A stretch of DNA of 62,111 nucleotides, the filler included. It is 3 parts of 3 records of this genome, joined end to end, with 100 filler letters (N's around TTAATTAATTAA, not from the genome) between each part and the next. Parts side by side here need not be neighbours in the genome. Positions count along the whole stretch, not along the records: positions 1 to 19,213 come from SRR20825010_2863; 2 more parts are not named here. The stretch is one strand, 5' to 3'. A program made the position numbers and the translations under genes. Within the stretch, counting starts at the first letter, position 1; every line of letters begins with the position of its first letter. A model generated the notes under the pieces. The model was given only the letters and a program-made list of their open reading frames with translations. It was not told where the DNA came from and did no database searches. Positions 8,783-18,496 of this stretch are shown one piece after another.

Positions 8783-10741
8783 TTAAGCTGTACGTGTCGG
8801 CAGAAGGGCTTTCGTGTCATTGCAGATGGCGGCAACTAGGCCGTCATGGTCAAAGCCGGGTATAACGGAATAGGTCCGCAAACTGGGATGCCAGGGCAGG
8901 ATGCCCGTACCCAGCTGCATCGAATGATGGGCAGGCATATAGATGACACCGCGCACGCCGAGGGCACCTGCCATCTCGGTAGCGGCGTTCCACAGGCCGA
9001 CAACGAAGTCGAGTTCTGCTGTCAGTGCGGCTGTGCCATCGAGATCAGTATGTGTGTCAAGGTCCGGCATCTGGTGGATTGTAAGACCATGCTTCTCGGC
9101 CGCTTCGAGGATTTCGTCCTCCGGATTGCCAAATTGCAGGTTGATCAGTTTGGCATCGCCAATTTCCTGAATTGCTGCCCAGTCGACAGGGGACGTCGCC
9201 ATCATATCGCGTAGGGGTGTATGTAGCCCTGAGCGCCACGTAAGGCCAATTTTCGGGCCCGAACCGAGACTGTCGAGCCAGTCGCGAGCTGCCTTGCGTT
9301 TGGCCTTGTCTGCGACCAGTGGACTACATTCCAATGGAAAATCCTGGATCGAGCGGCGGCGGTGGGCGGCTATAATGCCTGCCGGAGCGGTGTAGTCGAA
9401 ATCAACTTCGCCTTCGGCATAGTTCAACAAGCCGGTTGAGCGACCTGTTTCTGGCCGTACGGTCGCCTGAGGCCAAGTGCGCTGATAGAGATCTACAAGA
9501 CGGGGGTTGGTTTCGATAATGACGTGGCCGGCTTCATTGATAATGTCTTGGAAACAGGTGGAAAAGCGGATGTCGTCGCCCAGCCCCTGCTCGCGGGTGA
9601 TCATGATGGTCTTGCCCGTGAGGTCCTCCCCTTGCCAGATCAGGCCGGGGAAGGGGCGGAAAGGTTTGCGCTGGCCGCTGGCAAAGCCATATCCGTAAAG
9701 GTCCCAGCCATTTTCAATCTGACCGGTGGCCAGTAGGCAAAGCGCAAAGTTCCATAGCATCGCATCGTCATCAGGGCGAAGTGTCAGGGCCGTTGTATAA
9801 GCATCGAGTGCTTCGCCCGGACGACATGCATTCTGTAATGCCGAGCCGAGATTGTTGTAGGCTTCGACCAGATTGGGATTGATGGCAATCGCTTGCTGAG
9901 CGCAGGTGATTGCGTCCTCAAGCATTGCATTGTCGGCGAGCATGTTACCCAGATTGCTGAATGCGGCTGCATATTCGGGATTGATTTCGATCGCGCGCGA
10001 GAAGTGATCAACCGCGCGTTGCGTCTGGCCCTGATCGCGGAGCAGGTTTGCAAATGAGAAATGCGCCTCGTGATTGTCTCCTTTGATCTCGATCGCTTTT
10101 TCAAACGCCGGGATTGCGTCGTCAGGCAACTTCAAGGTCGCGAAGACAGTGGCGGCATGAAGTTGCGTAATGTGATCGTCGGGCTGGCGCGCAATTGCGG
10201 CTCGCATGGCTTCCGCAGCCTCTGCTTTTGAATTGTCGTCAGTACGGGTGGCCAGAACCTTGCCAAGGCCGCGATAGGCACGGGCATCAGCGTCGTTGAT
10301 TGCGATGATTTCGCGATAGACGTCCAATGCTTCATCGCCTTCACCTTCCTCGTCGAGCATACGCGCGATTTCGAGGCGGCATTCAATATCGTCAGGCAGA
10401 AGGCGTGCGGCCTGCGAGAAATGGAAAATGGCTTCGTCCACACGTTTTTCCTGAATCAACAGGAAGCCGATATTTTTGTGAGCGACCGCAAAGTCCGGAT
10501 CACTTTCCAGCGATTGTTTCAGGTATTCGATGGTTTCTTCATTACTGCGGCCGGTCTGGTGCGCCAAAACCGCCATTAGGCGAAGCGTTCCTGGATGGCC
10601 GGGAACCTTGTCGAGGATTTTGCGATAGAGATCTTCTGCTTCGGCTAACTGACCTTGCGATTGAAGGTGCGCTGCGCCTTGAAGAATTTTCTCGATCTTA
10701 TCGGATTTCTTTTCAGCCAGTCTCTTCGCAGCTCTCGACAT
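8783..10741 (-). CDS. TPR-repeat protein with C-terminal GT-B glycosyltransferase domain (FlmG/FlbA-like)
   Basis: Multiple TPRs (AAAFSNLGNML, EAYNNLGSAL); C-terminal EQGLGDDIRF, KIGLTWRS, LINLQFG and DLDGTAAL motifs; adjacent to the flagellins. Confidence 0.75.
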   Translation of the reverse strand: MSRAAKRLAEKKSDKIEKILQGAAHLQSQGQLAEAEDLYRKILDKVPGHPGTLRLMAVLAHQTGRSNEETIEYLKQSLESDPDFAVAHKNIGFLLIQEKRVDEAIFHFSQAARLLPDDIECRLEIARMLDEEGEGDEALDVYREIIAINDADARAYRGLGKVLATRTDDNSKAEAAEAMRAAIARQPDDHITQLHAATVFATLKLPDDAIPAFEKAIEIKGDNHEAHFSFANLLRDQGQTQRAVDHFSRAIEINPEYAAAFSNLGNMLADNAMLEDAITCAQQAIAINPNLVEAYNNLGSALQNACRPGEALDAYTTALTLRPDDDAMLWNFALCLLATGQIENGWDLYGYGFASGQRKPFRPFPGLIWQGEDLTGKTIMITREQGLGDDIRFSTCFQDIINEAGHVIIETNPRLVDLYQRTWPQATVRPETGRSTGLLNYAEGEVDFDYTAPAGIIAAHRRRSIQDFPLECSPLVADKAKRKAARDWLDSLGSGPKIGLTWRSGLHTPLRDMMATSPVDWAAIQEIGDAKLINLQFGNPEDEILEAAEKHGLTIHQMPDLDTHTDLDGTAALTAELDFVVGLWNAATEMAGALGVRGVIYMPAHHSMQLGTGILPWHPSLRTYSVIPGFDHDGLVAAICNDTKALLPTRTA

Positions 10742-10786
10742 GGTGGTGCCCTTTAGTTTGTCCAGTATACCAGACCATGTGCAATC

Positions 10787-10805
10787 ATGGTTAGGATCGA
10801 GTTAA
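10787..10805 (-). promoter_or_regulatory. CtrA-like box upstream of the TPR-glycosyltransferase
   Basis: Minus strand TTAA-CTCGATC-CTAACCAT. Confidence 0.5.
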
Positions 10806-10818
10806 TTTTACGAATTGT

Positions 10819-11313
10819 TTAGACGCGGCTGTCCAGCGCAATAGCGGCAGACCGGCTATTGCCACGATTGGTCATGGCAGCATTGCGGCCATAGCCCAAA
10901 GTCGGAGCTTTGGTCTCGTTCACTGTGTCGGCGACCGATTTCAGGATGCGCTCAGATACTGACTTTGCCGCACCCAAGACATCCCGATTGCGGGTGAGGG
11001 CGGTATCTAGCGTGCTCATGGCGGTTTTCAGTCGGGCGATTTTTTCAGACGGCGCGCGGTCAATCAGTTCCTTCCGGCGGCTGATTGCCTGAATATCCAT
11101 GGCGTATTCATTGGCGAGTCGGATTTTTTCGCTCTGCAATTCGGAGATTTTTAGCGGTTGGTGGGTCTCCAGCAGGTTTGTCTCGCGCAAAATAACATCG
11201 GTCAGTGCCGTGCTGACGCCAAGAATGCGATCCACAAGGTCACTGGGGCTGAGCTGTGCCGCGCCTAAACGGGGTGCCGGAGACGCAGAAGGCTGGTTCG
11301 TTGTGTTGTTCAT
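10819..11313 (-). CDS. FlbY/FlgN-like flagellar protein
   Basis: Helical 164-aa protein with LTDVILRET..L and K.RL..EY pattern, in the flgI-flgJ-flbY position. Confidence 0.6.
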   Translation of the reverse strand: MNNTTNQPSASPAPRLGAAQLSPSDLVDRILGVSTALTDVILRETNLLETHQPLKISELQSEKIRLANEYAMDIQAISRRKELIDRAPSEKIARLKTAMSTLDTALTRNRDVLGAAKSVSERILKSVADTVNETKAPTLGYGRNAAMTNRGNSRSAAIALDSRV

Positions 11314-11618
11314 TGGGCCTGTTCCTGCAGTTTGAGGATTTCGCCATAGATTTTGTCTGCGATGCCCACACCACCTGCTTTGCTCATTTGCTGGCCGTAT
11401 TGTTCGATAAGTAGTGAGCGGAACATGTCTTCACCCTGTCCTCCGCCAAAAGTTTCGTCGGTTTTGACACCTTCGAACATCGACTGGGCCATGGTTGACA
11501 TGAACTGGGCTTCAAAATCCTGCGCTGTCGCCCAGGCGCGGGCGTCGCTATGCGGGCGGGCCGCCGCATTAGGCGTCTGTATATAGGTCTGAATCAGAGG
11601 AGAGGCGGCGATATCCAT
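11310..11618 (-). CDS. flgJ: Rod-binding protein FlgJ (single domain, no muramidase)
   Basis: AQDFEAQF...FGGGQGEDMFRSLL...GGVGIAD. Confidence 0.85.
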   Translation of the reverse strand: MDIAASPLIQTYIQTPNAAARPHSDARAWATAQDFEAQFMSTMAQSMFEGVKTDETFGGGQGEDMFRSLLIEQYGQQMSKAGGVGIADKIYGEILKLQEQAQ

Positions 11619-12757
11619 TACATTACCTCAATTTCGGCCTGCAGAGCGCCGGCAGATTTGATGGCCTGAAGGATGCTGATCATGTCGCGTGGGTTGACAC
11701 CCAATGCATTGAGGCCGTCGACAAGCTCTTTCAAGCTAATGGAACCATCCACCAGTGCCAATTTGCGGCCCTTTTCTTCTTCCACTGCTACGTTTGTGCG
11801 GGGGACGACAACAGTCTGGCCATTTTCCGCAAACGGGGCAGGTTGGCTTACTTGGGGAGTCTCGCTGACCGAGATTGTGAGATTGCCTTGTGCAATCGCA
11901 ACCTTGCTGACGCGAACATCCTGTCCCATGACAATGATGCCCGAGCCTTCGTCGATGACAACCCGGGCAGGCAAGTCAGGCTCGACGCGGAGTTGCTCAA
12001 TATCGGTTAGAAGATTGACGACGTTGCCGCGATATGTACCGGGAACGGCGAGTTCAACGGTGGTGGGGCTGTCGGCGCGAGCGGTTTTAACACCCAGAAA
12101 GCTGTTGATCGCATCGGAAACGCGAACGGCTGTTGTCAGGTCCGGATTGCGGAGTGACAGACGCAGCGTCTGGAGATCTGCCAGTTTGAATTCGATTTCG
12201 CGTTCGACGATGGCGCCGTTTGCGATGCGGGCATTGGTCGGTACGCCGCGGACGATCGATGCGGCCTCACCCTGAGCGGCAAAGCCACCTGTAGCGACCG
12301 AGCCTTGTGCCACAGCGTAGACCTGACCATCGGCACCCATGAGTGGGGTCACCAGCAGAACGCCACCTTGCAGATTGGTGGCGTCGCCAAGTGCGCTGAC
12401 CGTGACGTCGATATGTGTGCCTTGTGCGGAGAAGGGCGGCAGGCTGGCCGTGACCATAACGGCGGCCACATTGGCGGTTTTGAGCTGACTTCCACGTGTA
12501 TTCACGCCGAGACGTTCCAGCATGGCTGTGAGGCTCTGCTGGGTGAACGGTGCGTTACGGAGAGTGTCACCAGTGCCGTTCAGACCGACTACCAGTCCAT
12601 AACCCACCAGCATGTTGTCGCGGATGCCTTCGACATCAACGATGTCTTTGATGCGGGACGCAGACGAGGCTGGTTGCGCAATAAAAACCACCGCCATGAA
12701 AGCCATGGCAGCGTATTTTACGAGCGGCGGGAGGTGGGGGGCGGAAAGCCTGAACAT
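11618..12757 (-). CDS. flgI: Flagellar P-ring protein FlgI (start revised to 12757)
   Basis: RIKDIVDVEGIRDNMLVGYGLVVGLNGTGD; ILQAIKSAGALQAEI; a sigma54 promoter lies inside the longer called ORF. Confidence 0.95.
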   Translation of the reverse strand: MFRLSAPHLPPLVKYAAMAFMAVVFIAQPASSASRIKDIVDVEGIRDNMLVGYGLVVGLNGTGDTLRNAPFTQQSLTAMLERLGVNTRGSQLKTANVAAVMVTASLPPFSAQGTHIDVTVSALGDATNLQGGVLLVTPLMGADGQVYAVAQGSVATGGFAAQGEAASIVRGVPTNARIANGAIVEREIEFKLADLQTLRLSLRNPDLTTAVRVSDAINSFLGVKTARADSPTTVELAVPGTYRGNVVNLLTDIEQLRVEPDLPARVVIDEGSGIIVMGQDVRVSKVAIAQGNLTISVSETPQVSQPAPFAENGQTVVVPRTNVAVEEEKGRKLALVDGSISLKELVDGLNALGVNPRDMISILQAIKSAGALQAEIEVM

Positions 12758-12799
12758 GCATAAACCGTTTTCAACGCGTGTGGACACGCAGGGATATAA

Positions 12800-12853
12800 G
12801 CGAAAGCCGTGCCATTGCGGGCGGTTCTGAATTGTCCAGATAAGCGATTGATT
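12800..12853 (-). promoter_or_regulatory. Sigma54 promoter (12800-12814) and IHF site (12841-12853) for flgI
   Basis: TGGCAC-GGCTT-TCGC; AATCAATCGCTTA matches WATCAANNNNTTR; ftr-like CCCGGCAGAATCTTCCG at 12929-12945. Confidence 0.8.
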
Positions 12854-12961
12854 TTGTTTGGTTTTATGTTTGAGGTCTGGTCTGTCGATGCGGGCAATAT
12901 ACGCTTTGGAGGTAGCAAGTTCCTGCCACCCGGCAGAATCTTCCGACACGATTTCTTAGGC

Positions 12962-12976
12962 TTAACGCGGCCTTAA
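12962..12976 (+). promoter_or_regulatory. CtrA box upstream of fliX
   Basis: Perfect TTAA-CGCGGCC-TTAA. Confidence 0.8.
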
Positions 12977-13045
12977 GATTTAATGGTCAATGTGACTATT
13001 GATGAGGCCGGATTTATGTATGCGGCCGGATTTAGGGGCGAAGTT

Positions 13046-13477
13046 ATGAAGGTTGGCGCAGGACGCCAGATCGGTCAGACGACAGGCAAGCGTGCAAGTT
13101 CTGCACGCGGCACCGGTTCGGGCTTTGTCGTAGGCACGACAGAGGGCGGACGTGGAGTTGCCGGTCTCAACGCCGCTTCGTCTCTTGCCGCCGTCGATAG
13201 CTTGCTTGCTTTGCAAGAGACAGGCGGGCTGGAAGACGCCACTTCTTCTCCGCGCCGTGCGATTGCACGCGGTGAGCAGATGCTCGACATTCTTGATGAC
13301 ATCAAACTTTCGTTGTTGGCTGGCCAAGTACCCGAGACGAAGCTAACGCGGCTCTTGAAGGTTGTGGAAGTGCAGCAGGCGCAAGTGCGGGACCCTGCGC
13401 TCGGCGATATTCTGGACCACATTGAATTGCGTGCCAGGGTGGAACTGGCCAAATTCGGTACTTTCACCAAGGGTTGA
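13046..13477 (+). CDS. fliX: Flagellar assembly regulator FliX
   Basis: VDSLLALQE...RGEQMLDILDDIKLSLL...IELRARVELAK; divergent from flgI; AGGGG RBS. Confidence 0.9.
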   Translation: MKVGAGRQIGQTTGKRASSARGTGSGFVVGTTEGGRGVAGLNAASSLAAVDSLLALQETGGLEDATSSPRRAIARGEQMLDILDDIKLSLLAGQVPETKLTRLLKVVEVQQAQVRDPALGDILDHIELRARVELAKFGTFTKG

Positions 13478-13597
13478 GGAAGCACTTGTCAGTAGATCTT
13501 TTGATCTAATTTTGAGAGCTGCACCCTATTATTTTTCCCAAATTATGTATTTATATTCAGTGTGTTACGGCTAACTTGGCTATCCTCTCCAGAATAG

Positions 13598-13626
13598 TTG
13601 AGAATCGTGACTCCTCTCCCTATACT
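13598..13626 (+). promoter_or_regulatory. Sigma70 promoter for dksA
   Basis: TTGAGA-N17-TATACT followed by a GC-rich discriminator. Confidence 0.6.
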
Positions 13627-13686
13627 CCGCCGCGTTTTCCATACGGCCCCTACGTTGTTGGGACGTCTCAGGAGAGTTGAAAACGC

Positions 13687-14103
13687 ATGGTTGTACGGTT
13701 GCCTAAAGGTTACACGCCTTCCGATGACGAGCCGTTTATGAATAAACGGCAGAAGGAGTACTTCCGCCGAAAACTAGAGCAGTGGAAGGAAGACATTCTT
13801 CTCGAAAACCGCGAAACGCTTCAGCATTTGCAGGAAGAGACAGTACATCATCCTGATATCGCTGATCGTGCATCTAGCGAGACGGAGCGTTCTCTTGAGC
13901 TTCGTACCCGTGATCGCCAACGCAAACTTGTTTCGAAAATTGACTCCGCGCTGCGACGTGTCGAAGAGGGCACTTACGGATATTGCGAAGAGACGGGTGA
14001 GCCGATCAGTTTGAAGCGACTGGATGCCCGACCTATCGCAACTTTGTCCATTGAGGCTCAGGAGCGGCATGAACGTCGAGAGAAAGTTTATCGCGACGAC
14101 TGA
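13687..14103 (+). CDS. dksA: RNA polymerase-binding protein DksA
   Basis: DIADRASSE...ELRTRDRQRKL...YGYCEETGEPISLKRLDARP. Confidence 0.96.
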   Translation: MVVRLPKGYTPSDDEPFMNKRQKEYFRRKLEQWKEDILLENRETLQHLQEETVHHPDIADRASSETERSLELRTRDRQRKLVSKIDSALRRVEEGTYGYCEETGEPISLKRLDARPIATLSIEAQERHERREKVYRDD

Positions 14104-14130
14104 TTTGATCCGGTTGCAAGCACATAAGTG

Positions 14131-14162
14131 AAAACGCGGTCCTTTTTGAAGGACCGCGTTTT
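14131..14162. terminator. Bidirectional terminator between dksA and flgH
   Basis: AAAACGCGGTCCTT-loop-AAGGACCGCGTTTT. Confidence 0.85.
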
Positions 14163-14219
14163 GCTTTTCCGGTGCTGTACATCCGAGCGCCCGGACCCAT
14201 CCCACCTCAGGGATTGTTC

Positions 14220-14972
14220 TTAGAAGGGCATAATTACATCGAGAAGCTGTTGGCCGTAGCGGGGCTGCTGAACATCTGTAATCTGACCGCGGCCGCCATA
14301 AGAGATGCGCGCTTCAGCGATCTGGGTGTGCTGGATTGTGTTCGTGTTGGAAATGTCTTCAGGACGAACGATGCCTGCAATGAGCAGTTCCCGGACTTCG
14401 AAATTTACACGAACTTCCTGCCGGCCTTCGATCACGAGGTTGCCGTTGGGCAGAACTTGCGTGACGACAGCTGCGACAGTGAGTTCCACGTTTTCCTTCC
14501 GGTTTACTGTACCTGTGCCAGCGCTCGAACCGTCAGAAGTCGCGTCGACAAGTGCGCTGGGGTCGACGGCTTCGGGTAATACTTTGCTGAGCTGCGATTC
14601 AAGGCCGAGGAAATTCGGTACACCTAGGCTTTCGGAGTTCGAACGCGAACGCTTTGTCGCGTTGTTGACCGTCGCGCTGTCAGAAATGTTTATGATAACC
14701 GTCAGAATGTCGCCGATGCGGGCTGCACGCTGGTCACGGAAGAACGCACGCGACCCTGATCGCCATAGTGAGTTGGGCTGATAGACTATCTGTTCTGGTT
14801 CGGGCATCGGCATGCTGACTGGACGATATCCTGCTGATTTTAGCGGATTGTTGATAGGTGCAAGCGCGGGGGCTTCGCCGATATTCTGGACGCGGTTGAC
14901 AGCGCTGCACGCGCCGAGCGAGGCGGCGATAGAAGCAACAATTGTAAGACCAATGACGCGACGGATAAGCAT
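14220..14972 (-). CDS. flgH: Flagellar L-ring lipoprotein FlgH
   Basis: Lipobox LGAC; DQRAARIGDILTV; VLPNGNLVIEG; IAEARISYGG. Confidence 0.95.
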   Translation of the reverse strand: MLIRRVIGLTIVASIAASLGACSAVNRVQNIGEAPALAPINNPLKSAGYRPVSMPMPEPEQIVYQPNSLWRSGSRAFFRDQRAARIGDILTVIINISDSATVNNATKRSRSNSESLGVPNFLGLESQLSKVLPEAVDPSALVDATSDGSSAGTGTVNRKENVELTVAAVVTQVLPNGNLVIEGRQEVRVNFEVRELLIAGIVRPEDISNTNTIQHTQIAEARISYGGRGQITDVQQPRYGQQLLDVIMPF

Positions 14973-15031
14973 GACAGCCTCTTAAATTCTTCGATGTGGT
15001 TCGTATGAGCCGTGGACGGTCTTATTGAGGT

Positions 15032-16024
15032 TCAGGATTTCAAATTGGCGAGGCGAGGGGCGCTCATGGCTTCGATGCGGACCTGGTTTGGGCCTTCGAT
15101 TACGCCTTGGACAGTTCGATTCGAGCGCGGATTGACGACGTCGATTGTGTCGCCGATGGCACCGCTTTCCAGCGCACGACCGCGTGCAAGCAAGACAAGG
15201 CTGCCGGTAACAAAGCTCATATCGACTGTCGAGCCTTTTGCGACAACAACGGGTGGCTGCAGGTCACTTGCGCGGAGCGGCTCACCTGTCCGAACCGGAT
15301 AGCGGGGAGACATGCCGACGATGCCAGTTGCAGAGGTAACGATATTATTGCTGACGCGCGCAGATGGTAGTTTGATCCACTGGATATCGGCGGAGCGCAC
15401 AACATCACCGGGGGCAACGTCACGTGTGAGAACCGGCACCTCGGTGATGGGATAGGCGCGGCCTGTGACACGGCGTAACGGTGCTGTTGGGTCTTCAGCG
15501 GGTGCGCGAACAATGGCGTTGAACGCGCCGTTACGGACATTGAAGGCAATCTGTTCGACTTTGACGCTGGGCAGATCTTTCTCGCCGACCTGAACACCTG
15601 CTGACCCTTGTGTGAAATCGACCTGAAGACTTGATGTAGAAGGCAGGCCCGGTGTTTGTGCTGCGATGGCAGTGGCAATGGCCGCAGAGACTTCTGCATC
15701 CGGTACGGCGATGCCGCTGCGTGTGACGGTCACGTGGGTGAGGCCGGTTGTGTTGCGCCATGCCAGACCGTTGCGTCGCGCGGCAAGAGAGATACGCGAT
15801 ACAGAAATTTGCAGGGCTGTGCCGGGGGCAGGTGATGCGGCAACCACAGTGGCGGCTGCTTTTCCTGCATCGTCGAAAAGATCGCCAAGTGTCACCATAT
15901 CGCCACCCACGGTTGCTGTCGTGTGGAGCTCTGCTGCCGATGCAGTACTTATGTCGGCAAAGGTTGCAGCGCATAGCAGTGCGGGGGCAATGGCAAGAGC
16001 GGCGATTTTTGAACGGATACGCAT
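15032..16024 (-). CDS. flgA: P-ring chaperone FlgA
   Basis: Signal peptide, VTLGDLF, SAF domain, GRALESGAIGDTIDVVN; between flgG and flgH. Confidence 0.9.
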   Translation of the reverse strand: MRIRSKIAALAIAPALLCAATFADISTASAAELHTTATVGGDMVTLGDLFDDAGKAAATVVAASPAPGTALQISVSRISLAARRNGLAWRNTTGLTHVTVTRSGIAVPDAEVSAAIATAIAAQTPGLPSTSSLQVDFTQGSAGVQVGEKDLPSVKVEQIAFNVRNGAFNAIVRAPAEDPTAPLRRVTGRAYPITEVPVLTRDVAPGDVVRSADIQWIKLPSARVSNNIVTSATGIVGMSPRYPVRTGEPLRASDLQPPVVVAKGSTVDMSFVTGSLVLLARGRALESGAIGDTIDVVNPRSNRTVQGVIEGPNQVRIEAMSAPRLANLKS

Positions 16025-16048
16025 GATCTGGAGTTTCCTTAGGCCGCG

Positions 16049-16834
16049 TTATTTCATATTCGACGTGACCGACATCATTTCGTCGGATGCGGTGATGATC
16101 TTGGCGTTCATTTCGTAGGCGCGCTGGGCGGTGATGAGGTCTGAAATTTCGGTCACGGCGTTGACATTCGACGTTTCGAGGAAGCCTTGTTGCAGGCTGC
16201 CAAAGCCTGCGGAAGCAGGTGCGCTTGTTGTCGGTGCTCCGCTGGCTGCTGTTTCGATGAAGAGATTGTCACCCTGCGGGTCAAGGCCGGCTTCATTCTG
16301 GAAGTTGGACAATTCCAGCTGACCGACGATTTGCGGAGCGGTCTGTCCCGGAATTGTGGCCTGAACCTGACCGTCCTTGCTGATGGTGATGTCAATTGCT
16401 TCCGGCGGAATGGTGATGCCGGGCGCAACAGCATAGCCGTCAGAGGTCACAATCTGGCCGTCCGGTGAAAGCTGGAAGTTGCCGGCACGCGTATAGGCAT
16501 CTGTGCCGCTGGGCATTTCGATACGGAAATAGCCGCGTCCCTGAATGGCCATATCCAGTTTGTTGCCAGTATTGTTCATATCGCCTTGCGTCATGATGCG
16601 ATAGACCGAACCGGTTTTGACACCCAGACCCACCTGCACACCCGAGGGAACAATTGTTCCACTGTCAGAGGAGTTGGTGCCGACGCGACGGAGGTTTTGA
16701 TAGAGCAGGTCCTGAAACTCGGCGCGCTGACGCTTGAACCCGGATGTGCTCATGTTGGCGATATTGTTAGAGATCACCTCGACATTGAGCTGTTGGGCCA
16801 TCATGCCTGTGGCGGCGATACTGAGCGCTTGCAT
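16049..16834 (-). CDS. flgG: Basal-body rod protein FlgG
   Basis: ISNNIANMSTSGFKRQRAEFQDLLYQ; LETSNVNAVTEI...AQRAYE. Confidence 0.96.
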   Translation of the reverse strand: MQALSIAATGMMAQQLNVEVISNNIANMSTSGFKRQRAEFQDLLYQNLRRVGTNSSDSGTIVPSGVQVGLGVKTGSVYRIMTQGDMNNTGNKLDMAIQGRGYFRIEMPSGTDAYTRAGNFQLSPDGQIVTSDGYAVAPGITIPPEAIDITISKDGQVQATIPGQTAPQIVGQLELSNFQNEAGLDPQGDNLFIETAASGAPTTSAPASAGFGSLQQGFLETSNVNAVTEISDLITAQRAYEMNAKIITASDEMMSVTSNMK

Positions 16835-16893
16835 TGATTTTTTCCTTGGCCTGTGTCTCTAACGAATTACGTTTAATGCTTGTGGGGCAACGG

Positions 16894-17625
16894 TTAGACC
16901 GCTGCGACGATCTGGGAGATGGCCTGACGACGCATGTCGTCAGCGGCCTGTACGAGTTTTGCTGCGCTGATGTAGGAGCGCTGCACATCGATCATATTTG
17001 TCATTTCTGCCACGGCGTTCACGTTGGAACCTTCAATTGCGCCCTGCACAAAATGTGGGTCTTCAACAGGTGTCTCTGCCTGTGTGGTCGTGTAGAGGCC
17101 GTCGCCATTTGCCTTCAGATCCTGAAGGTTATCGAAGGTGACAAGAGCAAGTTTGCCGCGCTGGCCACGATCAGAAGAAACTGTGCCGTCGCGCGCTATT
17201 GAAATTTGACCTTCGTCGGCAGCGAATGTGAGCGTCGTGCCTGAATTTGTCAGAACCGGATAACCCTGCGATGTGACAAGCTGGCCCTGAGTATCCGTCT
17301 GGAAATGGCCATTGCGGGTATATTGCGTGCCCTGCGGGGTCTGGATCTGGAACATGCCTTCGCCGGCAATGGCGACATCCAGCGGATTACCTGTGGTTTT
17401 GAGTTCGCCATCGGCCAAATTACGGAATTGGCCATAGTCCTGAACGAAAGACAGTTTCTTGTCCTGGCTATCCTCAGTGGCGGTCGGCATCAGGTATTCG
17501 TCGAACAGCATGCTCTGCGACTTGTAGGCAGTCGTGTTCATGTTCGCGAGGTTGTTCGCGATCGTGGACATCTCGCGCGCCATTGCTGTTTGGCGTGACA
17601 GACCTATGAGAAGTGCATTGTCCAT
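16894..17625 (-). CDS. flgF: Basal-body rod protein FlgF (start revised to MDNALL at 17625)
   Basis: IANNLANMNTTAYK; TGNPLDVAI; YTRNG; EGSNVNAVAEM. Confidence 0.93.
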   Translation of the reverse strand: MDNALLIGLSRQTAMAREMSTIANNLANMNTTAYKSQSMLFDEYLMPTATEDSQDKKLSFVQDYGQFRNLADGELKTTGNPLDVAIAGEGMFQIQTPQGTQYTRNGHFQTDTQGQLVTSQGYPVLTNSGTTLTFAADEGQISIARDGTVSSDRGQRGKLALVTFDNLQDLKANGDGLYTTTQAETPVEDPHFVQGAIEGSNVNAVAEMTNMIDVQRSYISAAKLVQAADDMRRQAISQIVAAV

Positions 17626-17695
17626 TTTTAAAACCGGTTGGTTTAATCGTTCAACGTGTTGGGCGGGAATGTGGTTCTTGCCCACAGCAAACAGT

Positions 17696-17801
17696 GCAGA
17701 GGCCGTGCCAGAGCATGATTTGTTTGAAATCAACAACTTACAGGTTCTCTCGGCTGGACGGATTGTGTTCTTTGGCAGGCTTTACCGGGCAAGATTTGCC
17801 G
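17696..17801 (-). promoter_or_regulatory. Sigma54 promoter (17696-17710), IHF site (17728-17740) and ftr-like enhancer (17785-17801) for flgFGAH
   Basis: TGGCAC-GGCCT-CTGC; AATCAACAACTTA; CCGGGCAAGATTTGCCG dyad. Confidence 0.8.
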
Positions 17802-17938
17802 CCTTTCCGACTTGTCGAAACTCTTCATTAACTAAAATCAGCAAATATTCCATTGCGCCTCGGGCACCTGTGAATCTTATGCAGGCGGGCGCTTTTGAGA
17901 TCAGCCGGGCAGACCGGCGGGCAAGGTGGGCACTTCAT

Positions 17939-18436
17939 ATGTCTTCGACAGATGCAGATGATATTGATGACGGCGCAGAGGGATTACCGGTCAAGCGAAA
18001 GCTGAGCGGTAAAGTTCTTATTCTTTATGTTGTATTGCCGTTGATCGTTCTGATCGGTGCGGGTGTGGGCGTTTATATGTCCGGTCTGCTGGGTGGCGAA
18101 GAACACAAAGAAGAAGAAGCGGAAGTCGTTGTCGCGCCGGTGTTTTACGATCTGCCCGATTTTCTAGTGAATTTGAGCGGCGAAGCACCGCAGCACTTTC
18201 TCAAAATGAAAGTGACCTTGCAGATCGTCGATGCGGAAGCAGCATTGAAGCTTGATGCGGAACTGCCACGGGTTCTTGACTCGTTTCAGGTCTTCCTGCG
18301 CGAGCTTCGGCCAAGCGATGTCGAAGGCTCGGCGGGCATGCTCCGCGTGAAAGAAGAATTGTTGCGCCGGATTAATTTGGCCGTCCAACCACCACTGGTC
18401 AAAGACATTCTCTTTCGTGAAGTGATTGTCCAGTAA
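17939..18436 (+). CDS. fliL: Flagellar basal-body protein FliL
   Basis: Single TM segment, FYDLPDFLVNL, FLRELRP, LKEELLRR-like motif; precedes fliM. Confidence 0.92.
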   Translation: MSSTDADDIDDGAEGLPVKRKLSGKVLILYVVLPLIVLIGAGVGVYMSGLLGGEEHKEEEAEVVVAPVFYDLPDFLVNLSGEAPQHFLKMKVTLQIVDAEAALKLDAELPRVLDSFQVFLRELRPSDVEGSAGMLRVKEELLRRINLAVQPPLVKDILFREVIVQ

Positions 18437-18496
18437 GTAAACGTTTCCGGTTTCTAGACCCGTTAGGGGCGCATCCAGTTAGGTACGGCGAAGGTC

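Noticed and set aside
13687-14103. DksA with a single Cys instead of a four-Cys zinc finger
   Set aside because: Normal for alphaproteobacterial DksA
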